A stretch of DNA of 64,000 nucleotides from Planctomycetota bacterium (GTDB lineage: Bacteria > Planctomycetota > GCA-002687715 > CAIWVZ01): contig JBGANV010000009.1 of the NCBI GenBank assembly GCA_044222185.1, positions 32,001 through 96,000 of the forward strand. The letters run 5' to 3'. Numbering within the stretch: position 1 is the first letter of the stretch; the number at the start of each line of letters is the position of its first letter. The notes beneath the pieces were generated by a model. That model saw nothing but the letters and a program-made list of their open reading frames with translations, searched no databases and was not told the DNA's origin. Shown piece after piece: positions 47,644 to 56,953 of this stretch. The translations under genes were made by a program, and so were the position numbers.

Positions 47644-49400
47644 ACGTCAGTTTCGATCGGAGGATTCGCTCACTTCTCGAGCGCTCCGGGCGCTACAAGC
47701 CGGAGGATCTCGAGGCGTTGGGCGAAGCTGCCGCACGAGAGAAGCTGCCGCTCGCCCAGATCGTCACCGAGAAGGGCGGCATCAACGAGAAGGAGTTCGC
47801 CGGCCTCCTCGCCCGCGAGTCGAACCTGCCGCCCGTCGATCTGGACATGATCGAGGTGGAGGCGACCGCCGTCGAGTCGCTCGATCGCGCCATCGCCGAG
47901 CAGCACAACATCCTCCCGATCGCGAAGATCGGCACGTTCCTCACCATCGTCGTGTCGAACCCGTTCGACCTGCCGACGATGGACCATCTGAAGGTTCAGA
48001 CGGGCTGCGAACTGCGTCCCATGGTCGCGTCCTATGCCGCGATCCGCCGCGCCGTGCTCGGCCAGTATCGGCGCGACGAGCAGAAGATGGAGGAGCTCCT
48101 CGGCAGCAACGAGGGCGAGATCGAGCTCAAGGCCGAGGACGTCGTCGAGGATTCCGTCGATCTGGCGGACGGCGGTGAGGAAGACAGCAAGGTCGTCCGC
48201 GCCGTCAACATGATTCTGTACCAGGCGGCCGTGGACAAAGTCTCCGACATCCACATCGAGCCGTTCGAGAAACAGACGCGGGTCCGGTTCCGCAAGGACG
48301 GTGTCCTTCGCGAGGCTCACCAACTCGGGAAGGCAACGCATGCGGCGATCATCTCGCGGTTGAAGATCATGGCCGGCCTCGACATCGCCGAGCGCCGCCG
48401 CCCGCAGGACGGCAAGTTCCAGATCCGCGTCAACAGCCGTCAGATCGACCTGCGCCTCTCGATTCTTCCCGTCGTTCACGGTGAGAAGGCCGTGCTCCGC
48501 CTCCTCGACTCGTCGAACCTCGTGCTCAAACTCGACGACCTGGGGTTCGAGCCATCCTGCCTCGACGCCATGCGTCGGGCCATCAGCGCACCCTACGGCA
48601 TGATCCTGGTCACGGGGCCCACGGGCTCGGGGAAGTCGACGACTCTCTACTCGATCGTGAACGAGCTGCTGAGTGATTCCGACAACTTCATCACGGTCGA
48701 AGACCCCGTCGAGTACCAGATCGACGGAGTGAACCAGGTTCCGGTCAACGTGAAGCGCGGGTTGACCTTCGCGGCCGCGCTCCGATCCATCCTGCGCCAG
48801 GACCCGGACGTCATCATGATCGGCGAAATCCGCGATACCGAAACGCTGGACATCGCGATCAAGGCCGCGCTCACCGGCCACCTGGTGTTGTCGACCCTCC
48901 ACACCAACGACGCACCGTCGACGGTCACGCGCATGATCCAGATGGGGGTCGATCCGTTCCTCGTCGCGTCGTCCGTCCTGATCGTCGCCGCGCAGCGGCT
49001 GGCGCGAAAGCTCTGCCAGTTCTGCAGGAAGCCCGTCGAGGTGCCCGTCGAGCGCCTCGTCGAGGTGGGCATGACGCGCGCGGATGCCGAAGGCGCCAAA
49101 CTGTTCCAGGCCGTCGGCTGCGCCAAGTGCAACCAGGGCTACAAGGGCCGATTCGCGCTGCTCGAGATCCTCGAGGTCACACCCGACATCAAGGAGGTCA
49201 TCCTCCGGGGTGGCAACGAACTCGAGATCAAGCGCGTCGCCATGGCGAAGCAGCAGATGATGACGCTGCGCAGGGCAGGGCTCTCCAACGCGCGCCGCGG
49301 CTTGACGAGCATCGAGGAAGTGCTGCGCGTGAGCGCCGGCGACGAGCTCGAGGTGAAGGGCTACGTCCGGCCGAAGCAAGACACACCGACCGAGGACTGA
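47640..49400 (+). CDS. pilB: Type IV pilus/T2SS assembly ATPase PilB/GspE
   Basis: SDIHIEP, LDIAERRRPQDG, GPTGSGKSTTLY, TVEDPVEY, LRQDPD, tetracysteine CxxC...CxxC..GYKGR. Confidence 0.95.
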   Translation: MNVSFDRRIRSLLERSGRYKPEDLEALGEAAAREKLPLAQIVTEKGGINEKEFAGLLARESNLPPVDLDMIEVEATAVESLDRAIAEQHNILPIAKIGTFLTIVVSNPFDLPTMDHLKVQTGCELRPMVASYAAIRRAVLGQYRRDEQKMEELLGSNEGEIELKAEDVVEDSVDLADGGEEDSKVVRAVNMILYQAAVDKVSDIHIEPFEKQTRVRFRKDGVLREAHQLGKATHAAIISRLKIMAGLDIAERRRPQDGKFQIRVNSRQIDLRLSILPVVHGEKAVLRLLDSSNLVLKLDDLGFEPSCLDAMRRAISAPYGMILVTGPTGSGKSTTLYSIVNELLSDSDNFITVEDPVEYQIDGVNQVPVNVKRGLTFAAALRSILRQDPDVIMIGEIRDTETLDIAIKAALTGHLVLSTLHTNDAPSTVTRMIQMGVDPFLVASSVLIVAAQRLARKLCQFCRKPVEVPVERLVEVGMTRADAEGAKLFQAVGCAKCNQGYKGRFALLEILEVTPDIKEVILRGGNELEIKRVAMAKQQMMTLRRAGLSNARRGLTSIEEVLRVSAGDELEVKGYVRPKQDTPTED

Positions 49401-49431
49401 GTCGAGGATCCAACAGGCTAGAGGTTAGACC

Positions 49432-50646
49432 ATGTCGAGTTTCAAGTTCACGGGCAAGGACGCGTCCGGCAAGACGGTGACTGGGCTGATCGACGCGCCG
49501 TCGCAGCAAGAGGCCATCATGGCCGTCCGCAAGCGGGCGCTCATCCCGCTCGAGGTGAAGGCCGCCGGTGGCGCGGCCGACAGGCCGGTCAAGGCGGCGC
49601 GCGCATCGTGCAAGAAGGGCGAAGTGGAGATCTTCACGCGCCAGCTCGCGACGATGATCGGCGCCGGCATCCCGCTGCTCGAATGCCTCGAGATCCTGGA
49701 GGAGCAGGCCGAGAGCCGCGGATTCCGCTCCGCCCTCCACGGCGTCGTCGACGAGATCCGGGGTGGGTCGGACTTCTCCGCGGCGTTGAGCAAGATGCCC
49801 AAGGTCTTCACGCCGATCTACTGCTCCATGGTCCGCGCCGGTGAAGCGTCGGGTCAGTTGAACGAGATCCTGCTCCGCCTCGCGGAGTACATGGAGGGTA
49901 GCGCCAAGCTCAAGCGCGAGATCAAGGCGGCCATGACCTATCCGGTCATCTCGCTGGTTCTCGTGTTCGGCATCACTGCGTTCCTCATGATCGTGATCGT
50001 GCCGAAGTTCAAGGAGATCTTCGACGGCCTGGGTGTTCCGCTCCCGGCGCTCACGAAGAACGTCATGGCGGTGTCCTTGTTCTTGAAGGACAACATCGCG
50101 CTCGTGGCGGGGGGGATGACGGGTCTCGTGTTCGCGATCATCGGGTTCAAGAAGTCGAAGCCCGGACGCCGCTTCTTCGACAAGCTGGTCCTCCGCATGC
50201 CCGTCTTCGGCGACTTGTTCCGCAAGGTCGCACTCAGCCGCTTCAGCCGCACGTTCTCCACGTTGATCAAGAGCGGCGTCCCGATCGTCGGTGCGCTCGA
50301 GATCGTCGGCGAGACGTCCGGCAACACGGTCATCGAGAACGCCGTCGCGCGCGCGTCCGAGAGCGTCAAGGGCGGCGACACGCTCTCCGGACCGCTCGAG
50401 AGCGAGCCCGTCTTCCCGCCCATGGTGGTGCGCATGATCTCGATCGGAGAACGCTCGGGCGCGCTCGAGCAGCTGCTCGCGAAGATCAGTGAGTTCTACG
50501 ACCAGCAGGTCGAGGCCGCGGTCAAGAGCCTCACCTCGATGATCGAGCCACTCCTCATCGGAATCATGGGTTTCGTCGTCGGTGGCATCGTCCTCGCGGT
50601 GTTCCTCCCGATCATGAAGCTGCAGGAGGCGCTCACGCCGAAGTGA
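49432..50646 (+). CDS. pilC: Platform protein PilC/GspF
   Basis: FTRQLATMIGAGIPL, MVRAGEASGQL, AMTYP, VPKF, MISIGERSGAL, SMIEP. Confidence 0.96.
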   Translation: MSSFKFTGKDASGKTVTGLIDAPSQQEAIMAVRKRALIPLEVKAAGGAADRPVKAARASCKKGEVEIFTRQLATMIGAGIPLLECLEILEEQAESRGFRSALHGVVDEIRGGSDFSAALSKMPKVFTPIYCSMVRAGEASGQLNEILLRLAEYMEGSAKLKREIKAAMTYPVISLVLVFGITAFLMIVIVPKFKEIFDGLGVPLPALTKNVMAVSLFLKDNIALVAGGMTGLVFAIIGFKKSKPGRRFFDKLVLRMPVFGDLFRKVALSRFSRTFSTLIKSGVPIVGALEIVGETSGNTVIENAVARASESVKGGDTLSGPLESEPVFPPMVVRMISIGERSGALEQLLAKISEFYDQQVEAAVKSLTSMIEPLLIGIMGFVVGGIVLAVFLPIMKLQEALTPK

Positions 50647-50687
50647 CGCTGGTTCGAAGGCGGCGGCCTTTCGCCGGAGGAGGAGAG

Positions 50688-51326
50688 ATGGATTCGCAGC
50701 AATCGAACGATTGCCCCGCCGTCGCGCCGCGCGCGACGGTGCGCACGTCGTGGGCGCGCGTGATGATCTGTTCCGTCGTCGGCGGTGCGGCACTCGTCGT
50801 CGCGACGCTCGTGGCCGTTCCGAAACCGTCACCGACGGCGGATGACGCGGTCGATCAGGTCATCCAGCTGTACGCGCAGGGGAACCGCGACGCGGCGATC
50901 GCCGCCTGCGACGCGGCGTGCGGTCAGTTCCCCGCTGCCTATCGTCCATGGCTCGCCCGCGGCATGCTCGCGGACGACCGCAACGACCTCGACGGCGCCG
51001 AGAAGGCGTACGTCCGAGCGCGTGAGGTCATGGGCGCACACACGTACGGCGTCGAGGACATCGAGATCACCCTGGCCGACATCAAACGCCGCCGCGGCGA
51101 CGCGCCAGGCTGCCTCGCAGAGCTCGACGCCATCCAGTCACGCGGGGCAACTTCAGGCCGCCTGAATCAAGCTCGTGCGCTGGCTTTCGTCGACCTCAAA
51201 CGCTTCGATGACGCCTTGAGAGAAGCGCAATCGCTTGCCGAAAAGAGGGGCGGTGGCGGCGTAGCACGTCAACTCGACAAGCAGATCCGGCAGGCCATGA
51301 AGTCGCAGACCGCAAAGGGTGGCTGA
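50688..51326 (+). CDS. Membrane-anchored TPR protein
   Basis: GGAGGAGG RBS; one TM helix, then helical TPR-like repeats (AAYRPWLARGML...AEKAY). Confidence 0.75.
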   Translation: MDSQQSNDCPAVAPRATVRTSWARVMICSVVGGAALVVATLVAVPKPSPTADDAVDQVIQLYAQGNRDAAIAACDAACGQFPAAYRPWLARGMLADDRNDLDGAEKAYVRAREVMGAHTYGVEDIEITLADIKRRRGDAPGCLAELDAIQSRGATSGRLNQARALAFVDLKRFDDALREAQSLAEKRGGGGVARQLDKQIRQAMKSQTAKGG

Positions 51327-51428
51327 CGCACACCCGCGGGCGCGACTGCGCGGTGGCCGCGATGGCTTCGCGAGCGCTAGACGCCTCGTGTGTTTTTCCA
51401 TCGAAGCTTGCTTCAGGAGACAGTTCTC

Positions 51429-52121
51429 ATGGTCAAGAAGAACCAAGGCTTCACGCTCATCGAGTTGATGATCGTGATCGCCATCATTGCGATCATCGCG
51501 GCAATCGCGATCCCGAATCTGCTCTCGGCGCGCGTCAGCGCCAACGAGTCGAACGCGATCTCGACGCTCCGCAACCTCGTTTCCGCCCAGGCGCAGTTCC
51601 AGTCCAGCGGTGCGATGGACGAGGACGGCGACGGCACGGGCGAGTACGGCTCGTTCGGCGAGCTCTCGGGCGCCGTCAACCTCCAGCGCAACAGCGTTGG
51701 TGTTGCCGCCCGGCTCAACCCGCCGATCTTGCCGGCGACGTTCCAGGTCATCGACGGCAACGGCCGCGCCCAGAAGTCGGGATACCTCTTCCTCATGTAC
51801 CTGCCGGACAACGCCGGCGCGGGCGTGCCGGAAGTCGTCACGACGGGTGGTGCGGGCGCGACCGTCGACCCGAACACGTGCGAGGCCGTGTGGTGCTGCT
51901 ACGCGTGGCCGGTCACGCCGGGCACCACGGGGAACCGTGCGTTCTTCGTGAACCAGCGCGGCGAGATCCTCCAGACCAAGATGGACGCGCTCCCCTACGA
52001 CACCACCACGAACCCGGGTCCGGCAGCTGACGCGGCGTTCACGACCGCCGGCAGCATCACGGTCGCTCCGGCCCTCAACGCCGTCGGCCAGGATGGCAAC
52101 ACCTGGACGCCGCTCGGCTGA
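51429..52121 (+). CDS. Type IV pilin (N-methylation motif) with DUF2950-like C-terminus
   Basis: AGGAG RBS; MVKKNQG|FTLIELMIVIAIIAIIAAIAIPN; C-terminal YAWP...TGNRAFFVNQRGEI. Confidence 0.92.
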   Translation: MVKKNQGFTLIELMIVIAIIAIIAAIAIPNLLSARVSANESNAISTLRNLVSAQAQFQSSGAMDEDGDGTGEYGSFGELSGAVNLQRNSVGVAARLNPPILPATFQVIDGNGRAQKSGYLFLMYLPDNAGAGVPEVVTTGGAGATVDPNTCEAVWCCYAWPVTPGTTGNRAFFVNQRGEILQTKMDALPYDTTTNPGPAADAAFTTAGSITVAPALNAVGQDGNTWTPLG

Positions 52122-52145
52122 TCGACGCTCGATCATTCGAAGCAT

Positions 52146-52202
52146 CGACCGATACCGATCGCTCGCTCCCAAACTCGGGGGCCGAGCGATCGGGTCGTTT
52201 TC
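52146..52202 (+). terminator. Probable terminator after the pilin
   Basis: CCGATCGCTCG...CGAGCGATCGG stem followed by GTCGTTTT. Confidence 0.6.
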
Positions 52203-52721
52203 GGGCCGGTGTGCGCGCCTCGGCACGCGGTCGGACCGGGGGATTGGAATCGGGGGCGAAGGTCATTACCCTGGCCCGCCCTCGGCCATCGCGCGCGACG
52301 GCGCCCCCGGTCGATCCCGGGCGCGCTGGACTGACGGACGCGACGACAGAGGGAAAAAACACCGGCCGGCCGTCACATCCGCGCCACCCCTGGCGCTGAA
52401 GAAACCGTCGGCGCACGCGAAGCGTGACGTGCAAACCCCCGTTTGCACGGAAGCGTGCAATCGAAACTTCCAGGAAGTTCCGGTGTTGGCGTGATCAGAG
52501 GCGTCGAAATGGCTTCCTCCCCCGGGGAGCCACGGACCGAAGCGATGATTCTCCAGGATGTAATGAAGGCGCGGCGCGCAGGTCGCCGATCCATGCGGCC
52601 CGAGAGCAGCGGCGCAGGGAACGCGACTTGCATAGGCGCGCGTGCTCGCTGGTTCCGTAATGTGGCGGCCGATCGCCACACGGGTGTGGAGCCGGGGGAT
52701 GCCGGCCGTAGGAGCGTCACC

Positions 52722-54461
52722 ATGCAGGTTTTGTCATCAGCCAGAGTCCTCGGGGTCGTGGCAGCCGCCTGGCTCGTCGCCCTCGCCAATGGACAGGCCG
52801 TGACCTATCGGTGCAGCGAGGGGGCGGCAGGCGGAGCGGCCCTCGCCGACAGCGCGAGCCCTGCAATCTCGGGGGACGGCCGTTTCGTCGCTTTTTCGAG
52901 CCTCGCACCCAATCTGGTCGTCGGCGACTCCAACGGTGATCGCGACGTTTTCGTCTTCGATCGCGCAACCGGCGTCATGGAGTGCGTGACCATGGGATTG
53001 GGCGGTTCGGGCGCCAACGGCGCCAGTGACCTCCCGTCGATCAGCCAGGATGGGCGTTTCGTCTGCTTCGTGAGTCTCGCGACGAACCTCGTTCCTGGTG
53101 ACAACAACTACTCGCAGGACGTATTCGTGCACGACCGTCTGACCGGCGCGACCCAGCGCGTCAGCGTCGGGGTCGGGGGATCGGATCCGGACCGGGATTC
53201 GGACCGCGGTGCGATCTCCGCCGACGGAAGATGGGTTGCATTCGGCAGCCAGGCAACCAACCTGGTTCCGAACGACACCAACGGATTCTCCGACGTCTTC
53301 GTGTTCGACCGCGCGACGAGCCAGACCGAACGGGTGAGCGTCGGCGCCGGCGGCAGTCAGGGGGACGGACCGAGCTCGTCGGCGTCGATCTCGGCCGACG
53401 GGATCCGCATCGCCTTTGCGAGCGACGCCCGGAACTTCTCCGGCAAGACCGTGATTTCCACGGACGTGTACGTTCGTGACCGTCAGACCCTGACGACGGT
53501 TCTCATCAGCCACGACGCACTTGGCCAGGCGCGCGGGGGCATCACCCCCGTGATCTCGGCGGATGGTTCGACCGTCGCATTCGATGCGCCGGACGCATTG
53601 CTCACGGCAGATACGAACTCCGGCCACGACATCTACGCTTGGAACTTCGTCACCGCCCAGATGCGAATCGTCAGCGTCTCCTCGCTGGGCGATATCGCGA
53701 CCGGGTTCTCGGTCCCTGGCAGCTTTGGGGTCCCCGTAGCCGTCGAGGCCGATTCCTATGGGCCATCGATCTCGGCTGACGGCCGTTTCGTTTCCTTCGG
53801 GAGCCTCGCCAGCAACCTGGTCAACTACGACACGAACGACGGCCCGGACGCCTTCGTTCACGACATGCTGACGAACCAGACACAGCGCGTTTCCGTCGAC
53901 GCCGCGGGGATCCAGTCCGACGCGTCCTGCGCGTGGAACGAGATCCTCAGTACGCTCGAACGGCCGGTGACCAACGTCGCGATCTCCGCAGACGGCGGGC
54001 ACGTGACCTACGACTCGCCGGCGTCGAACCTGGTGCCGGGTGACACGAACAGCGTTGCGGACGTCTTCGCCATCGACCTCTGGCCGCACCTCACCGCCGT
54101 GACGTCGGCGCAGGTCGGGCACGTCGTTCAACTCGATCTCACGGCGCCGCCCTCCGCGGGCAAGGAATACATCGTCGGCCTCTCCGGCACGACGGGCGCG
54201 GGTACGCCGATCGACCGGCGCCGCCTCCCTGTGGTCGTCGACGGACTGCTCATGCTCTCGCTCATGGCACCGGCGCCATACTTCGTGGGCTTCTCGGGCT
54301 CGCTCGATGCCTTCGGCTCGGCCGAGGCCTACATCTCGATCCCGAACGACCCGAATCTCGCGGGCCTGATGTTCTACGCGTCGTTCATCACGATCGACCC
54401 GGCGGCACCGTCGGGTGTCGATGGCATCGCGAACGCCGTGGTACTCCAGGTCGTGAGCTGA
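52722..54461 (+). CDS. Secreted TolB/PD40-like beta-propeller protein with the shared C-terminal domain
   Basis: AGGAG RBS; signal peptide (LVALANGQ); about seven repeats of ISADGRxVAFxSxAxNLVxxDTNxxxDVFVxD; C-terminal ~125-aa domain. Confidence 0.9.
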   Translation: MQVLSSARVLGVVAAAWLVALANGQAVTYRCSEGAAGGAALADSASPAISGDGRFVAFSSLAPNLVVGDSNGDRDVFVFDRATGVMECVTMGLGGSGANGASDLPSISQDGRFVCFVSLATNLVPGDNNYSQDVFVHDRLTGATQRVSVGVGGSDPDRDSDRGAISADGRWVAFGSQATNLVPNDTNGFSDVFVFDRATSQTERVSVGAGGSQGDGPSSSASISADGIRIAFASDARNFSGKTVISTDVYVRDRQTLTTVLISHDALGQARGGITPVISADGSTVAFDAPDALLTADTNSGHDIYAWNFVTAQMRIVSVSSLGDIATGFSVPGSFGVPVAVEADSYGPSISADGRFVSFGSLASNLVNYDTNDGPDAFVHDMLTNQTQRVSVDAAGIQSDASCAWNEILSTLERPVTNVAISADGGHVTYDSPASNLVPGDTNSVADVFAIDLWPHLTAVTSAQVGHVVQLDLTAPPSAGKEYIVGLSGTTGAGTPIDRRRLPVVVDGLLMLSLMAPAPYFVGFSGSLDAFGSAEAYISIPNDPNLAGLMFYASFITIDPAAPSGVDGIANAVVLQVVS

Positions 54462-54498
54462 CCGGCGGGCTCCGATCGCAGACGGGCGCGCGGTCGGG

Positions 54499-55272
54499 TC
54501 AGCCGAGTATCGGGAGGGCGAACAGCCGCTTCGCGTTCTCGGACGTCAAGCGCCCCGCAGCCTCCGCGCTCATTCCCAGCGTCTCGCCGACGACCTCCAG
54601 GAGGGCCTGGAGAAACGCGGGCTCGTTGCGCTTTCCGCGCTGTCCCTCGGGCGGGAGGAACGGGCAGTCCGTCTCCACGAGGATGCGGTCCCTCGGCGTC
54701 ATGGCGAGAACGGACCGCAGCTCGGCGTTCTTCTTGTAGGTGAGGGGACCTGCGAAGGAGACGAAGAGGCCCAGGTCCAGGGCGCGCTCGGCATCTCCAG
54801 GTCCGCCGCTGAAACAGTGCATGACGCCCGGGGATCCACCGCACTCGGCGAGCGTCTGGTAGACGTCGGCGAAGGCCTCACGGCAGTGGATGATCACGGG
54901 CTTTGCATGCCGGCGCGCCAGGGCGATCTGCCTCGCGAAGGCAGCCCTCTGGGTGTCCTTCGGGGCCCAATCCCTGTAGTAATCGAGGCCCGTTTCGCCG
55001 ACGGCGACGCAGCGCGGCTCGGCCGCGAGGGCTTCGATGACGGCCCAGTCCGCCTCGGACACCTTCGCCGAGTCGTTCGGATGGATGCCGGCCGTCGGGA
55101 ACACGTCCCGGTGCTCGGACGAGAGGTCGAAACAGGCCTTCGACGATATGGCATCCGTCCCGACCGTCACGAACGCGACGACTCCCGCGGCCCGCGCCCG
55201 CTCGAAAACTTGTGCACGGTCTGGGTCGAATCGGTCGAAGTAAAGGTGTGCGTGCGAGTCGACAATCACCAT
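54499..55272 (-). CDS. tatD: TatD family DNase
   Basis: VDSHAH, GIHP, VGETGLDYY, IIHCRE, GVMHCFSG, ETDCPFLPP...KRNEP. Confidence 0.96.
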   Translation of the reverse strand: MVIVDSHAHLYFDRFDPDRAQVFERARAAGVVAFVTVGTDAISSKACFDLSSEHRDVFPTAGIHPNDSAKVSEADWAVIEALAAEPRCVAVGETGLDYYRDWAPKDTQRAAFARQIALARRHAKPVIIHCREAFADVYQTLAECGGSPGVMHCFSGGPGDAERALDLGLFVSFAGPLTYKKNAELRSVLAMTPRDRILVETDCPFLPPEGQRGKRNEPAFLQALLEVVGETLGMSAEAAGRLTSENAKRLFALPILG

Positions 55273-55378
55273 CGCGCGACGATGGCAGGGCTGTCGACCT
55301 CGCGCAACCGTCCGCGCGGGCTCGAGGGAAACCCGCCGCGGGGCGCATGCTAATACCTGACCTCGCCGGGGGAACGTG

Positions 55379-56944
55379 ATGGATCGCACGAGCATGACCA
55401 TGGCTGCGTCCATGGTGCTGATTCTGTTGGGACTGAGCGGGTGGGTGGCTTCCGCACCCAGCCAGTACGGTCCAACCCGCGGGCGAATCGTCGAGGCGCC
55501 TCCATCGGATGCGTCCGCGCCGGCCGCGCCGGCCGCGCCGGCGGTAGCACCTCCGTCGGCTTCGCGTCCCGGTCGAAGCTGGCGAATCAACGAAGTCCTC
55601 GCGCGGCAGCACCAGCCGAGGGTCGGCCCCGAGGTCCCCGCCTCCGTCCTCGCGGACGCGGGCCGTGGAGGGAGCGGATCCGTCGGTGGAACCAGCGTGC
55701 GCGACGCGAAATCCGCCATCCCGGACGCCTCACCCGACGTTCGCGCGCGCGTGGTTGGCCTCCGCGGCCAGGCGCTCGGGCTCGTCGCGAGGGTCGCCGG
55801 GCTCCTCCTTGGGATCGACACAGCCCTGTCGCCCTCGGCGGAACTTCGCCGGCTCCTCCGCGACCCCAAGGTGTCGGAAGTCGTCCGCAACCGCCTCGCA
55901 TCCATGCCTCGCCGCCAGGACGCCGAGTCGGTTCTCGAGCGGGCGCGCCGCGCGACGAGCGCCGACGCAGCGGAACTGGCCGACGCACTCGACCTCGTGA
56001 CGCCCGAGCAGCGGGCGACGGTCGCCGGCGTGATCGCGCGACTGGGCCACGCGGACGGTGAGCCGACCCTCCGTCGTCTGGCTCACAACCTGGACCCCGC
56101 CGTTCGGTGTGCCGTCATCGACGCCATCGGTCGCGAGCGGCTCGTTCACGCATCGGACGTCGTCACCGCAGGCGCATCCGACCCGGTCGAGTCCGTCGTG
56201 ATCGCCGCCGCGGACGCGCTTTCGGCAATGAAGCTTCCCCTCGACCCGGACGTCGGGATCGGTCTGTTGGCCGACCTGCGCGAGCCGTTCTCGCAGGACG
56301 TGCTCGACGCCATGGGACGCAGCCCCGATCAGGCCAAGGTGGTCGCGGCGTTGCTCGACGCCTTCGAGAAACAGGCGATCCGCGACACGTGGTCGGCTGC
56401 AGGCCTCCTGCTGGAGGCCGGTGCATCCGGCGGCGGCGCGTTCCAGGAGTCGCTGCTGCGCAACCCATGTCCGGCAGTGCGAGCCCGCGCATTGATCGCG
56501 CTCGTCAGGAACCGGTCGGCGCCGCTGGGCATGAACGAACTCGAGCGACTCGCCACCGATAAGGACCCCGTCGTTCGCATGGCCGCGGCTCGTGGCTTCG
56601 GAATCCACCCGGACGAACTCTCGCGGGCCGAACTCGTCATGCTGACCCGCGATCCGTCGTTCCTCGTGCGCGACGAGGCGGTGATCGCACTCGGGCTGAA
56701 GGAGCCATTCCACGTCGTTCCGATCCTCCGCCGCGCGCTCGCGGACCCGGACCCATGCGTGCGGAACGCGGCCCGGATCTCGCTCGTCCGCCAGAAGGTC
56801 CGCGTGATGGCGCCGGATCTCGTGGACGACATGGACGACCCCTGGATGTCGGCCCGCACGCGATCCGTGATAGCCTCCATCCTTCCCGAGGTTTCCCAGG
56901 ATCGAGTGGCCCTGAAGGCCGCCCTCGTGGAGGCGACTCACTGA
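55379..56944 (+). CDS. Membrane-anchored or secreted HEAT-repeat protein
   Basis: N-terminal hydrophobic helix, Pro/Ala-rich linker, repeated DPxVRxxA (DPAVRCAV, CPAVRARA, DPVVRMAA, DPCVRNAA). Confidence 0.8.
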   Translation: MDRTSMTMAASMVLILLGLSGWVASAPSQYGPTRGRIVEAPPSDASAPAAPAAPAVAPPSASRPGRSWRINEVLARQHQPRVGPEVPASVLADAGRGGSGSVGGTSVRDAKSAIPDASPDVRARVVGLRGQALGLVARVAGLLLGIDTALSPSAELRRLLRDPKVSEVVRNRLASMPRRQDAESVLERARRATSADAAELADALDLVTPEQRATVAGVIARLGHADGEPTLRRLAHNLDPAVRCAVIDAIGRERLVHASDVVTAGASDPVESVVIAAADALSAMKLPLDPDVGIGLLADLREPFSQDVLDAMGRSPDQAKVVAALLDAFEKQAIRDTWSAAGLLLEAGASGGGAFQESLLRNPCPAVRARALIALVRNRSAPLGMNELERLATDKDPVVRMAAARGFGIHPDELSRAELVMLTRDPSFLVRDEAVIALGLKEPFHVVPILRRALADPDPCVRNAARISLVRQKVRVMAPDLVDDMDDPWMSARTRSVIASILPEVSQDRVALKAALVEATH

Positions 56945-56953
56945 CGGAGGTTC

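Noticed and set aside
5595-49379. Many long antisense ORFs (e.g. 5595-7853, 7987-10215, 14364-17006, 20684-22477, 33841-36054, 39719-42055, 47670-49379)
   Set aside because: Shadow frames of real genes caused by high-GC codon bias; no recognisable motifs.
51363-51378. Possible sigma54 promoter (GG-N10-GC) before the pilin
   Set aside because: Only the minimal dinucleotides match, in very GC-rich DNA; TGGCAC/TTGC consensus absent.
55516-55543. 9-bp tandem repeat (CGCGCCGGC x3)
   Set aside because: In-frame Ala-Pro-Ala linker; ordinary low complexity.
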